A stretch of 64,000 bases of DNA from Alphaproteobacteria bacterium (GTDB taxonomy: Bacteria > Pseudomonadota > Alphaproteobacteria > MPNO01 > UBA830), in the NCBI GenBank assembly GCA_965243135.1, contig OZ251539.1, positions 3,904,001-3,968,000 of the forward strand. Reading direction: 5' to 3'. Positions 27,737-38,620 of the stretch are shown here, piece after piece. Both the position numbers and the translations under genes were made by a program. The notes beneath the pieces are model-generated. The model made no database searches. It worked only from the letters and a program-made list of their open reading frames with translations, and had not been told where the DNA came from. Position 1 is the first letter of the stretch. Every line of letters begins with the position of its first letter.

Positions 27737-30700
27737 TCAACCGCGAAATTGAGACCTTCTTATCCGTGCTTCCACCTGTTCTATAAGAGCGGAGCGAATA
27801 GATTCTAATTCATTAGAAAAATTAAAATACCGGCCGATTATTTCGTCAATAAACAGATGTTCTTCCGTAAAAATCTCTTGATTTATAGGCAACGGATCTC
27901 TTTTCGAAAGAGCCTGAAATACTTCCTTTGCCTCTGCTGCGAAATCAAATTCATAAGACATTGGTAACCTCTTCATATCTGTCGCCTCTGCTTTGAGCAA
28001 CCCTCCACCTAGATTCTTTCGTCCTGTAATTTCTCGAAAAAGATAAACAAAAGATGAATTAAAATACACCCAAATACAATAATGTAAATCAGACCCCCAT
28101 AAATCATCTGGAAGATAAAATTCTACTGCGCTAAATGATAAGGCTTTACAACTGTTAAATGAGCAATAATATCGATCCCCTACCCCTCTAGGCATTACGA
28201 GCGCAGGAGGACGCCTAGTTTTTGGTACATAATCTCGATTTATTTTACCGTCAGGTCGATCAACAACAAACTGAATGGCTTTGAAAATGACCCCCAAGGT
28301 TCCTCCGGGTTCATCCAATTTGGATTTCGGCACATTGATACCTTGCCCAAACCGGATTTGATTAGCTTGGTTCGTTATACTCGATTTATGATCTACAGAA
28401 ACCATGCTCAATATTCGATCAAACACCTCCGGCATGGAGAACTGATGACCCCATTTGACTCCCGCTTTCGTTCTGTACGTTCGTTTTTCTCTGAGAACCA
28501 TATCGGTATCAGCTGTCGCATGTTCAATGGACAAAATCGCTTTCCTCGTAAACAAAGAAATAATGGCATTAATGTTCGGTCCTTCGGGATCCGAAAAAAA
28601 TTTCGCCGAGGTATCAATAATTCGGAAAAATGAAAACCTTCCCTCGGTGAAAGATTGGAACTCCAATCCATAGTCTGTATTGAGCCAAGCATTCTGAGTA
28701 ATGAAACATCCTACCCCACCTTCTTTTTGCAGAAATACTGCGCTTCTAGCATAAAAATAAATGAGAAGATCACTACCACGAGGAAGTGTTCTGCCCCAAT
28801 CAACCTCCAATTGACTTCCGTAAGCTGTTTTAGCTTGTTCCGACACTAAACTATTTCTCGCCTCAACATAAGGTGGGTTACCAATTACAACATCAAAACC
28901 GCCAGAGATTCCAAACATCCATTCGGAATCGAACCAATCTGCATGGGCATTCTGGTCGTAAGGATTCCATTCTGTAACCTTACATGCTTCGTCGAACGTT
29001 CGGTCATATTTTGTTTTACGTGCGTCAAATTTCTCAAATTTTATTTTTCGAAATTTTTCACGTGTTTCCGTATTTGGCAATGATTCTGCCATATCTTCAA
29101 TTTCTTTTTTTTGGGACAGATCCCACTGGCAGCGCTCGATTTCCAATTTCTCTAGTAATTCGTTTCGAACGCGTGTTTCCTCCCTGATGCTATCGATTTT
29201 TTTATTCCGACTATCGGCGAGAAAGTAGCGTCCACGCACCGCGGCTAGTTCTTTTCTTTTTAACGTTACTCCATTATCAATGAGCAAAGAATCGGTATCT
29301 GCTTTCAGACCAATCAATGTATTCGCAGCGATAAACCGAGTTTCCAGATTGGGAAGCGGACGGATACCCAGATTGGGTGCGTCTGGGTTCGCCTCCTGCT
29401 CAATGGCAAGTGAGATGAAAAAACGCAATTTGGCGATTTGGCACGCAATTGGCTGGATGTCCACTCCATAGATACAGTTCTGGATGAGATAGAGTTTGCG
29501 CCCGTAATCAGTCTGTCGATACCTATCGAAAGTGTCGCCGATTTCGCGAAGCTCTTGGTCACGCAGTTGCCGATCTTGGTTTTCGAATGCATCACCTGCC
29601 CGCTTTATCGCTAGTTCCTTTTGGAGTGTTTCCCAAAGTGCGTTTTCCGGGTCAAGTCGACGTAGAGCTAGTGTGAGTGTTTGTAAAACTCCCATCGGAA
29701 AGGCACCAGAGCCTACTGCCGGGTCGAGCACCCTGAGATCGGCGATCGCTGCGATTATCGTTCGTTTCTCTCTTTCAGTGAAATCTTTGACGGTAGCATG
29801 GGAATGGTCGAGAAGATCTAGCAGATTCTTACGCCAATACGCTGTGCCGCCGCCCGCAGATCTGCATTTCGCGGACAAAGTCTCCGCTAGCGTCTCCCGG
29901 ATCATGTAGTTCACTACCGCCCGCGGTGTGTAATATGAACCGGTTGATTTGCGGGCCGTATCGCGAGTTTCTGGGTTGTACGCTGCAAGAAGATTCTCGA
30001 AAACGCGGCCCAGCAATTCTGGATCGAGGGCTACCTCCTGATCGAGAGGCGTATTTTCCTCGACGGTAAATTTGTAACTGTGAAACAGGGAAAATAGGCC
30101 GTTGTCCTTGTCGAAAAACAGACGCGCCGGGATTTCGATCTCCCATTCCTCTTCGGCGTAATCGTCGATGCGTCTCCCTGGCTTGTCTAAACAATCGAAC
30201 AGACCGCCGTTGACGAAGGGAATGCTACTCAACATCGCGACGAAGCGCTTCGGTTCGGCCAGTAGATCGCGATACAGGTATCGTTCTCCAGTGGAAATTT
30301 CTGGAGAAGCGGACCGAGATTCCTGAAAGCCGCGCTTGCCAATCTCCGCGTTCAAGGTGGCGAAGAATAAATTCTGAAGAACGGCGCGGTAATAATCGGT
30401 ACTATCCGGCGCATGTTCTCGCAAGATGCTTCGTGCGAAGCTTTCCTCGAACAACTCCGGCGGCACCAAGCCCTTTTCCTTTAGAAACCAGATGAACAGA
30501 AAGCGCGTGATCAGGCGAATGACGTACCGCTCTTCGCTTCCAGCCCCTGCGCCATCGTCTGGGAAGGTACATTCGCGAACAGCTCGCTGGAACCATTCGA
30601 AGAGCTCTCTGTAGAAGTTACGATTCAACCTTTCGATATCGAGCGCAGTCTCCCACGCGGCATGCAAATCGTCGAAGTTGCGGATATTATTCAGTCTGGT

Positions 30701-31267
30701 GAGTGCGAGATCGGCAAGAATTTCGACATGTGCACGGTGCGGGCCTTCGAAACGGATATCCTTGACGAGCGTGATCCTTTCCAACACGTCCCGACTAGCG
30801 TCCCGCTTATTCGGACGACGGTGCACCACGGCGAGGGTCAAGGTCGAACCGTGGCGAAAAAGAAGAATGACGGGCATCGGGAACCGGCGGTTGACGGTCC
30901 GGGTTATGTCGATCAGGCGGGCTCGGGCGTAGGTTTTGCTGTCCATGTCAAATGCGAGGAATAGGAAAGACTCCATGCGTCCGTCATCGAAGCCCGATCT
31001 GTCGAACAGGCCGGGCGACGTAGTGATCTCGTCGACAGTGAACTGAAACACGATTTCGACGTTTCGCACGCTGTCGAACAGCGCGCGTTGCTGGTCGGTG
31101 AGCTGTTCCCCACCGCTCTCAAGTAGTGCTACGAACTGATCGACGCTTCCAACCTCTGCCATTCTCTCGCTGCAATAGCCGAGCGCACCGAAAAGCTCGA
31201 CCGCGCAATTCCGCAGCAGCCCTCCGCCGGCAAATCCAGACAACGCTTCGACGAGGGCTTCACGCAT
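27737..31267 (-). CDS. Eco57I-like / type IIG N6-adenine DNA methyltransferase with C-terminal target recognition region
   Basis: IPFVNGGLF, DPELLGRVFENLL, TGSYYTP, VLDPAVGSGAF (motif I) and DVVIGNPPY (motif IV). Confidence 0.9.
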   Translation of the reverse strand: MREALVEALSGFAGGGLLRNCAVELFGALGYCSERMAEVGSVDQFVALLESGGEQLTDQQRALFDSVRNVEIVFQFTVDEITTSPGLFDRSGFDDGRMESFLFLAFDMDSKTYARARLIDITRTVNRRFPMPVILLFRHGSTLTLAVVHRRPNKRDASRDVLERITLVKDIRFEGPHRAHVEILADLALTRLNNIRNFDDLHAAWETALDIERLNRNFYRELFEWFQRAVRECTFPDDGAGAGSEERYVIRLITRFLFIWFLKEKGLVPPELFEESFARSILREHAPDSTDYYRAVLQNLFFATLNAEIGKRGFQESRSASPEISTGERYLYRDLLAEPKRFVAMLSSIPFVNGGLFDCLDKPGRRIDDYAEEEWEIEIPARLFFDKDNGLFSLFHSYKFTVEENTPLDQEVALDPELLGRVFENLLAAYNPETRDTARKSTGSYYTPRAVVNYMIRETLAETLSAKCRSAGGGTAYWRKNLLDLLDHSHATVKDFTEREKRTIIAAIADLRVLDPAVGSGAFPMGVLQTLTLALRRLDPENALWETLQKELAIKRAGDAFENQDRQLRDQELREIGDTFDRYRQTDYGRKLYLIQNCIYGVDIQPIACQIAKLRFFISLAIEQEANPDAPNLGIRPLPNLETRFIAANTLIGLKADTDSLLIDNGVTLKRKELAAVRGRYFLADSRNKKIDSIREETRVRNELLEKLEIERCQWDLSQKKEIEDMAESLPNTETREKFRKIKFEKFDARKTKYDRTFDEACKVTEWNPYDQNAHADWFDSEWMFGISGGFDVVIGNPPYVEARNSLVSEQAKTAYGSQLEVDWGRTLPRGSDLLIYFYARSAVFLQKEGGVGCFITQNAWLNTDYGLEFQSFTEGRFSFFRIIDTSAKFFSDPEGPNINAIISLFTRKAILSIEHATADTDMVLREKRTYRTKAGVKWGHQFSMPEVFDRILSMVSVDHKSSITNQANQIRFGQGINVPKSKLDEPGGTLGVIFKAIQFVVDRPDGKINRDYVPKTRRPPALVMPRGVGDRYYCSFNSCKALSFSAVEFYLPDDLWGSDLHYCIWVYFNSSFVYLFREITGRKNLGGGLLKAEATDMKRLPMSYEFDFAAEAKEVFQALSKRDPLPINQEIFTEEHLFIDEIIGRYFNFSNELESIRSALIEQVEARIRRSQFRG

Positions 31268-34200
31268 TGCGGATTACCAACCAAGTGACCAGTTCAAAGC
31301 TGTCGTGCTCCGACTTCCGGGTGAGCCTCGCGCCCCGTTGTTGGCTGACCAATTGTCCCAATTCGGCGTTCCGAAGCGTACCGGCAATGTCTCGCAGAGC
31401 AGCATCCAGCAACCTATCGTATTTCTCCATGCGCTGTCCCTGTCCGGTCTCCTCGTCGAAGGCGTCCTCCAGAACCTGCACAGGATTCGAACGTCCTACC
31501 GCAATCGTCTGAAACAACGCGAGGCACTGTTGCGCCTGTCGAAAGGTATAGCGCACGCTTCCGTCGTCGTGAACGTAAACGAGGAAATACGGTTGCAAGC
31601 GGTTCGGGGTACGCTCGTCCGAATCGGTCTTCTGCTTGAGGCAGAAAATCACTCCGGGATGAACGCCGTCATCAGCTCCGGCGACAGCATAGATGCCGAA
31701 TGGCGCAGCCTCGAGCTCCTTACGATGAATGTATTGCCGGAGGTCGGCGATGAAGTCGTCGAGCGTAAGGTCGCTCATCGCAACGCCGTCCTCTTCGAAA
31801 TCGAGAATTTCGTCGCGTAGACGCTTCAACTGCTCGTCGCGAAACGCCAGCTCCATCTGCGCGGACTCGCCTGCGTCCAACAAATCGTCGGCGCCGGTCG
31901 CCGCCGCGTCGGCAAGGGCCATTCGCGCCTCGACACGGTTCTTAAGATCAAGGTAGCGGTCGAGATCCTGGGTCGGCCAGAAATTGACCATACCGACTTG
32001 CCGGTTGCGGCTACCGAGCCGATCGATCCGTCCGAAACGCTGCATCAATCGCACCGGATTCCAGTGGATGTCGTAGTTCACCACCAGATCGCAGTCCTGA
32101 AGGTTCTGCCCTTCCGACAGGCAATCGGTTGCGATCAGAATGTCGATCTCATCGCTGCCCCCCTTTCGTTCCTGCGCCTTTGGCGCGAACTGCTCCAAGA
32201 TGTCGATGAACTTCGAGGCGCCTGTCGTGCTTCGGTTTTCGCCGCCGCCGCAAACCAGCGCAACGCGAGCGCAACGCCCGAGATCCTTTATATCCTCGTA
32301 AAGGTAACGAGCGGTGTCGGCGAAGGTCGTGAACACGAGCACCTTGCGGTTGGCAACTCCGTCCTTGTCCGCAAGCGGGTTATCGACCTTGTTCGCCAGC
32401 ACCTTCCTGAGTTCCCCCAGCTTCGCGTCGCGCGCGACGGTTACCTGCTGCGCCGCACGGTGAAGGTCGCGGAAATTCTGTAGATCCTCGCGCAAGTCGC
32501 GTTGCCAGCAGTCGACATCGAGCTCGTCGAATCGATAGGTGCGCCCCTTGCCGACTTCGAAATCTTCGTCCTCTTCGTCCTCGTCGGGAAGGATTTCTAC
32601 CTCCTCGGAGACTCTCTTTTCTCGCCAAGCTTCGATGCGCCCGTCGAGCCCTTCCATCTTCTCAATGATGCGTCCCATCGTAAGCGTGAAGGAATGGACC
32701 GAGCTTTCCAAGCGTTTTAGAAGATTGACGCGCATCATGCCGACAAGCGAGCGCTCTCGATCGCGCTGGTCGAAGGGAGCTGCCTCCTTTTCCGCATCTA
32801 GGCCCGACGCGTCCTTCAGGTAGAGCGAAGGACTGTAGACCGCTAGCCGGAAGTCGCCGATTTGTTCGTACAGGTCGTCGTATGACAACGCGCCCTCGCT
32901 GTCGGTGGCCGGATACAGGTTCTCCGGCTTCCTTCTCTCCGGGAAACCGTCGATTTTCTCTGATTGCACTTCTTGCGGGTAGTAGCGTTGGATGTGGACG
33001 CGCGAGCGTGCGATGGTGACGGAATCCAGTAGCGCCAGAAAATCGGTGCCGAGAGTTTCGATCAGCGCGTCTTTTTTGCCGGAATCCCTTTCCCATTGCA
33101 TGAACGCGCGTTCGGCGACGCCGAAGAGGGTCTGGATGTCGCCGATGCCGAGCGTATCTTGGAAAGCGTCGCGGCGCTTTTCCGTCATCAGGTAAATCTG
33201 GTTCCGCAAGTCCCGAAGACTGGTATTCACCGGTGTAGCGGACAACATCAGCAATTTGGTCTTGACGCTATCCTTGATCACTTCCTCCAGAAGCCGGTTG
33301 TAACGGCTGCGCCCGATCACGTTGCCTTCCTCGTCCGTCCGATCACGGCCTTCGTTGCGGAAATTATGGGACTCGTCAATCACGACCAGATCGAAGGCAC
33401 CCCAGTTGAAGTTGGCGAGATCAATCGCGCCAGCCAAGCCTTCGTAGCGGCTGAGATCGGTGTGCGCGAGCACCGTGTAGTTCAGCCGGTCGTTCTCGAA
33501 GCGATTGTTGCGGTAGGCCGCCCAAGAGGTATAGCGGATCCAGTTTTCCTTCAACCGCTTCGGGCACAGAACCAGAACCCGCTCGTTGCGAAGCTCGAAG
33601 AACTTGATGACGGCCAGTGCCGTCCAAGTCTTGCCCAGCCCCACGCTGTCGGCGACGATGCAGCCGTTGTGCTTCAGCAGCCGATTGATGGCGCTAGTGA
33701 CACCATGTCTCTGGAACTCGTAGAGGGCCTTCCAGATCTCGGTATCGCAGAGATGGATATCCTGAAGGAGACCGTCGCCTCCATCGCCCAGCCGATCCTC
33801 GAAGACGTGAAACAGGGTCTTGTAGTAAACGAATTCTGGAGAATACGGTTGGCCCAGCCGCCCAAGAGCCGCCAGAACCTCTTCCTTGGCATCGCGCGTA
33901 AGGGTTTCATCGGTCCAAAGCTCGTCGAACCAGAGGAGCAACGCTTCCCGCTCCGCCGAATCTCCGACTTCGAGGTTGAGCTCGATGTTCGGCGTACTGC
34001 CGAAACCCAACCCGCGTTGCGTGAGGTTGGAACTTCCGACGAGCGCCGCGCTCTCCTCGCCGGCAAGATGATAGAGTTTGCCATGAAGAAAATTGGCCTG
34101 CTTCACCGTGCGAATTTCGACGTGATCCCTGATCCAGTCGGCGCAGTCCCGGGCAAGCGGTTTCTGGGCCAGTACCTGCTTGAGATCGATGCCGCCATCT

Positions 34201-34469
34201 TCGTTCAACCTGAACGATCTGACCTGGTCCCCGTCGGGATCGACCGAGCCGACGCCCTGCGGCTCGCCATAGAGAAATCGCATGCTCCCCACGTTTTCCA
34301 GAACCTCGCGCATAGCCGCATAGGCGTAGATCGTGAAATAGGCCGAAACGATAGACAGATCCGAACCGGGAACGATGCGATCCTTGAGAAATTCTCCGAC
34401 GCGGCGACTCCGGTTGTCTACAATGCCGGATGTCGGCGGCGTCTCCGAAAGTCGCGCAGACTCCGTCAT
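31260..34469 (-). CDS. PLD-nuclease domain fused to SNF2-family helicase
   Basis: SIVSAYFT, FLHGKLY..GSSNLT (PLD); ADSVGLGKT, DESHNFRN, LSATP, SEGQNLQ and QRFGRIDR (helicase); 8-nt overlap with the MTase. Confidence 0.9.
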   Translation of the reverse strand: MTESARLSETPPTSGIVDNRSRRVGEFLKDRIVPGSDLSIVSAYFTIYAYAAMREVLENVGSMRFLYGEPQGVGSVDPDGDQVRSFRLNEDGGIDLKQVLAQKPLARDCADWIRDHVEIRTVKQANFLHGKLYHLAGEESAALVGSSNLTQRGLGFGSTPNIELNLEVGDSAEREALLLWFDELWTDETLTRDAKEEVLAALGRLGQPYSPEFVYYKTLFHVFEDRLGDGGDGLLQDIHLCDTEIWKALYEFQRHGVTSAINRLLKHNGCIVADSVGLGKTWTALAVIKFFELRNERVLVLCPKRLKENWIRYTSWAAYRNNRFENDRLNYTVLAHTDLSRYEGLAGAIDLANFNWGAFDLVVIDESHNFRNEGRDRTDEEGNVIGRSRYNRLLEEVIKDSVKTKLLMLSATPVNTSLRDLRNQIYLMTEKRRDAFQDTLGIGDIQTLFGVAERAFMQWERDSGKKDALIETLGTDFLALLDSVTIARSRVHIQRYYPQEVQSEKIDGFPERRKPENLYPATDSEGALSYDDLYEQIGDFRLAVYSPSLYLKDASGLDAEKEAAPFDQRDRERSLVGMMRVNLLKRLESSVHSFTLTMGRIIEKMEGLDGRIEAWREKRVSEEVEILPDEDEEDEDFEVGKGRTYRFDELDVDCWQRDLREDLQNFRDLHRAAQQVTVARDAKLGELRKVLANKVDNPLADKDGVANRKVLVFTTFADTARYLYEDIKDLGRCARVALVCGGGENRSTTGASKFIDILEQFAPKAQERKGGSDEIDILIATDCLSEGQNLQDCDLVVNYDIHWNPVRLMQRFGRIDRLGSRNRQVGMVNFWPTQDLDRYLDLKNRVEARMALADAAATGADDLLDAGESAQMELAFRDEQLKRLRDEILDFEEDGVAMSDLTLDDFIADLRQYIHRKELEAAPFGIYAVAGADDGVHPGVIFCLKQKTDSDERTPNRLQPYFLVYVHDDGSVRYTFRQAQQCLALFQTIAVGRSNPVQVLEDAFDEETGQGQRMEKYDRLLDAALRDIAGTLRNAELGQLVSQQRGARLTRKSEHDSFELVTWLVIRNA

Positions 34470-34560
34470 GCCTTTTCTCGAAACGGGTTGGTCATCGGCG
34501 AAATGACAACGAGATCGATGGCCGCCACGAAATCAACCGAGTGTCCGAAAGCTGCGTCGT

Positions 34561-35034
34561 TTATCGCAGCTTGAGAATGCGATTAGCGAATGCATCGTGC
34601 AGGGCGTCGAGATGAAAGGCCAGCCATTCGTGCTGCTTCGGCCAATCTTTCCTGTCCTCCAAATCATTACGTTTGGCGGATACTGAAATTCTGCAATCCT
34701 CACCGCTTGGCAGTTCCTCCCAGTCAAGGCTCGATTTACCTGCCCATTCATGAGCTATTGCGCTCTTTTCCTCTTCCAGAAAATGAAAAGCGGATTTTGC
34801 CGACTTGATCGTGTCTCTTTCCGGCGGCGTCGTGAGGTAGAGATTAGCCATGATTTCGCTGCGTGGGCGCAATACCGCACTCCAGATAAACCCCGTGCGG
34901 CCGCTGCTGTACGACATGAAATTTCTGGCTTGCGGCTTGCGGTTAGGGTTAGCCCACCCTTTCGCTCCCCGTATCTTGAGAAACTTGTGAAAATCGGTCC
35001 AGAAGTCCACATAGAGAAATCGCGTGTTCGACAT
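34561..35034 (-). CDS. DUF4268-domain protein
   Basis: YVDFWTDF...KPQARNFMSYSSGRTG...FHFLEEEKSAI...LDWEELP...CRI...DWPKQHEWL; ATG at 35034. Confidence 0.75.
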   Translation of the reverse strand: MSNTRFLYVDFWTDFHKFLKIRGAKGWANPNRKPQARNFMSYSSGRTGFIWSAVLRPRSEIMANLYLTTPPERDTIKSAKSAFHFLEEEKSAIAHEWAGKSSLDWEELPSGEDCRISVSAKRNDLEDRKDWPKQHEWLAFHLDALHDAFANRILKLR

Positions 35035-35672
35035 GCTGCCCTCTCCCACGGCAAGATGGTGCATGATACAGGAGGGTCGTTTCGAATGCAACTTCGACAA
35101 GGGCTGTTGCGGCTTGCCGTTTGTTGTGACGGAGCACCCGCGCCCGGCCCGCAGCGCGCCCGGTCTCGGCTTTCGGGGTAGACGAAACCAACCGCCTCCC
35201 GTTACAGGCGGAAGGGGCGGACCGCACGGCCGTGCGGAGAGCGGGAACCAGACAAGCCCCGCGATGCCTGCAAGCTGACGCCGGAAAGCGAACAGCAATT
35301 CCCGTATCGACAATAACGCCGCGGGGCGCGTCGGCACCAACGCCGCGTTAGGGTAGAGGATGCACGCAAATTATCGCAGGGTCGCCGAAGACGCTCGCTT
35401 GACGGCGTCTTGACCGTGCGGGGTCGCGAACGACAAGCTCCGGCGAAGCGGAACGGCTGCCGTCAGGCCAGATCTACAAGTCGCCGATAGCATCGGTGCG
35501 GACAATCCGGCCGGAGATCCAGGAGCGGACGCTGCGTAATCGCCTGTTTCGGCGCATGAATGCAGTGGGGCTTCGTCAAAAGGAGGCAAAGTCCGGCCGG
35601 TGCCTTTACCTCCGAAGGCCCAAGCGATATTTAACCTCTCATTTCAAGGGCTTTTATGTGTGATTCTGTATC

Positions 35673-36290
35673 ATGTCGAAACTCGCCACTCAGCGTGGTC
35701 TGGCCCGCGACCTTCTGGAGGAACGGGGAATCGTCCGCCTCCGCGAATTCAAGGAGGCGGGCATCACCGCCGCGACCATCAGCCGAATGCGCAAGGATGG
35801 CGAGGTCGCCCGGCTCGCGCGGGGGCTGTATCAGCGACCCGATGCGCCGATCAGCGCCAATCACAGCCTTGCGGAGGCGACCATGCGCCAGCCGAAAGGA
35901 GTGATCTGCCTCGTCTCGGCGCTCGCCTTCCACGGTCTCACCGACCGACTGCCTCGCACAGTGTGGATGGCGGTCGGCGTGAAGGATTGGGCGCCCAAGG
36001 CGGGCGCCCCACCGATACGGATTGTCAGGTTTACCGAAGCGTTCCTCGCGGATGGGGTCGTCGCCGAGCGCATCGAAGGCGTCACGGTAAACGTCTTCGG
36101 CGTGGCGAAAACGGTCGCGGACTGTTTCCGCCACCGTCGAACGATCGGCCAGTCCGTTGCCCTCGTAGGGCTGCGAGAATCGCTCCGGCAACGCAAGGCG
36201 ACCCCCTCTGAAATCGTCCACTACGCCGAACGTGGCCGGGTATCGACAGTCGTCCGGCCGTATCTCGAAGCCCTGACCGCCAATGACTGA
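35673..36290 (+). CDS. abiEi: Type IV TA antitoxin, AbiEi family
   Basis: wHTH (GIVRLREF..AGITAATISRM...RLARGLY), GVICLVSALAFHGLT and AKTVADCFRHR. Confidence 0.88.
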   Translation: MSKLATQRGLARDLLEERGIVRLREFKEAGITAATISRMRKDGEVARLARGLYQRPDAPISANHSLAEATMRQPKGVICLVSALAFHGLTDRLPRTVWMAVGVKDWAPKAGAPPIRIVRFTEAFLADGVVAERIEGVTVNVFGVAKTVADCFRHRRTIGQSVALVGLRESLRQRKATPSEIVHYAERGRVSTVVRPYLEALTAND

Positions 36291-36996
36291 GGGAATTAAG
36301 GATGTCGGAGCTTCGGTTCGCGCACGCCTTCTGCGCATCGCACGGCAGAGAGAACAAACTTTCGCCCTCGTACATACACGCTATGCGGCGGCTGCTCTAC
36401 AGGCTGGTGCAATCGCCGCACGCCCATCGGTTCGTCCTCGAGGGGGCCATGCTGCTGCTAGCTTGGTTCGATGAGCCGTTTCGCGGTTCGCGCGATCTTC
36501 TGAGTCGCCGAGATCCGCAGTCCGTCTTTGAGGATTTCAGGGAGATTCTCGGGATGGAACGTCGAGACAGCGTTCGCTTCGATGTCGATCAGTCGCGAAT
36601 AGACCGTATCCGGGAAGATAGCGAGTACGGAGGCCTTCGCGTCCGGACGACAGCCGGGATGCCCGTATCGCCGTCATGATCAACATCGGTTTTGGGGACG
36701 CCACCGAGCCCGGGATCGAGATGCTCGATTATCCTGTCCTGCTCCACATGCCAGCACCGCGTTTGCTTGGATATGGTAAGCGTTCGCTCGTCAAGTGACG
36801 GTCTATTTTTCGAGGAGCCGCCTTCGGTCCCGGGTTCGGCCTGACTTCCTTGACCGGGTACGGCGGTGATCCTGGGTCGCGCGACGTCCGGCAGGTATCC
36901 CGGCAACAGGTTTTGGCACAGCGTCTCGCGGGCGGAGCGGCCCGTCCAGCCGGACAAAATTTTTTGCTGGAAACCGGATTTTAGTTCTTGTACGCC

Positions 36997-38620
36997 ATGG
37001 TGTTCGAATCTGCAGGCGCGCTTCTCGGAACCGAGCTGTCGGGCGACGGTCAGACTCCACCTGCGTCGTTGCTCCGGGAGAACGCGGCTCTCCTCCGGCA
37101 GATTGGAGAGCGCGACCGGGAGAACGCGGCTCTCCTCCAGCAGATTGGAGAGCGCGACCGGAAGATTGCAGAACGTGACCAAGCGCTGGAGAGCGCGGTC
37201 CAGGAGGCGAGGGAATGGCGAGGACGTTTCCGCCGGACGCAGGCCAGGGACCTGAGGAAGAGACGCAGGGCGTCGCCGGCGAAACCGGAGGCTGCCGCCG
37301 TAGAGAGCGTGAAGGCCCGCAACCGCAGGCTCGCTCGAGATCTGTACGGACGCAGCAGCGAGCGTCCGCCCGCGGCTTCCGGCGGACGCCGGGGGCGCCG
37401 TTCGGGAACGCCGTCGCACGGCCGCACGCCGTTTCCGGACTTGCCCGTCCGCGAGGAGGATTCGGTCCCGGACGATCGCAAGTGCAAGGACTGCGGCAAG
37501 GCCTGGGTCTCGAACGGCTACAACGAGACGTACGTCCTCGAGTACAGGATCGCGTTCGGCGGGTTCGACGACCTGCGCCCGGCTTGCACCTGCGGGCAGG
37601 AGAAGGAGGTCCCGGCCCCGGAGCGGGTGTTTCACCCGATACGGAGTGTCCGTCTGGGCGTTCGTCCTGGCGGAGAGGTTCGGGCAGCATCGTCCGCTGC
37701 GTTCGGTCTGCCGCGCGTTGCGCCAGCACGGGCTCGCCGCCCGGCACGTTGGCGGACGCCCAGCGACGGTTCCTGCGCCTGACCGCTCGACGAAGAAATC
37801 TCCCGGCGCTTGTCGGAGGCGCCGATCGTTCATGGCGACGAGACAGGGTGGACGGGAGTTGGGCGAGGAAGACGGCGGCAACGCTCGCGCCTGGACCGCC
37901 CGGGCGGCGGACGCGGTCCGCATCCTCGCCGTCGCGCAGCGCGGAAGCCGCTCTTGAACTGTTCAGGGGGCTCGGCTCGCCCGAACAGGCGGCTCACCTG
38001 GTCTGCGACCGCTACTCCGCCTACCGGAAGCTGGCGCGCGTCATGGAAGGGTGCATCGTCCTTTCCTGGGTCCACGCCAGGCGCGACTTCGTCAATCTTG
38101 AGACCGGCTACCTCGCGCAGTTCGCCCGGAAGTGGGTCGGCCACAAGTTGTACAGGTTCAACTCCGAGCGTCTGGCAAATCCGGACGACGCGACCGCCCA
38201 ACGGCGGCTTGCAAGGTTCGCCGAAGCGTTCTTCGCGGCGGCGAAAAAGGCGCGGGACGCGCTCCCGGAGAGCGCGGCGCAACGCGGCCCTCTGGACTCC
38301 CTGATGCGCCACCGCGACGGTCTGACCGTGTTCGTGGACAACGCGGCCGTTCCCATGGACAACAACGCCGCCGAGCGCGGCCTGCGCGGCGTCGGCCGCA
38401 AGCTCTCGTTCGGGTCGCACAGCGTGGACGGAGCGCGGCTGGCCGGCATGTCCATCTTCGGCACGCTCGAGATGGCCGGCGTCTCGCCTTACCCTTGGCT
38501 GTCCGCCTGCCGCCTGCGCCCGGCACGGCGGCCCGCGCGGCCCGGCCGCCTGGCTGCCGTGGGGCGCCGACGGAGAGCGCCTCCGTTCCTGGAGGACCGC
38601 TCTTCCCCAGGGACCGTGAA
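36997..38620 (+). pseudogene. IS66 TnpC-type DDE transposase, multiply frameshifted
   Basis: Coiled coil with a 42-bp tandem repeat (37075-37158), LYGRSSER, CKDCG, HGDETGW, LVCDRYSAY, WVHARRDF and VPMDNNAAERGLR..GRKLSFGS spread across frames. Confidence 0.85.
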
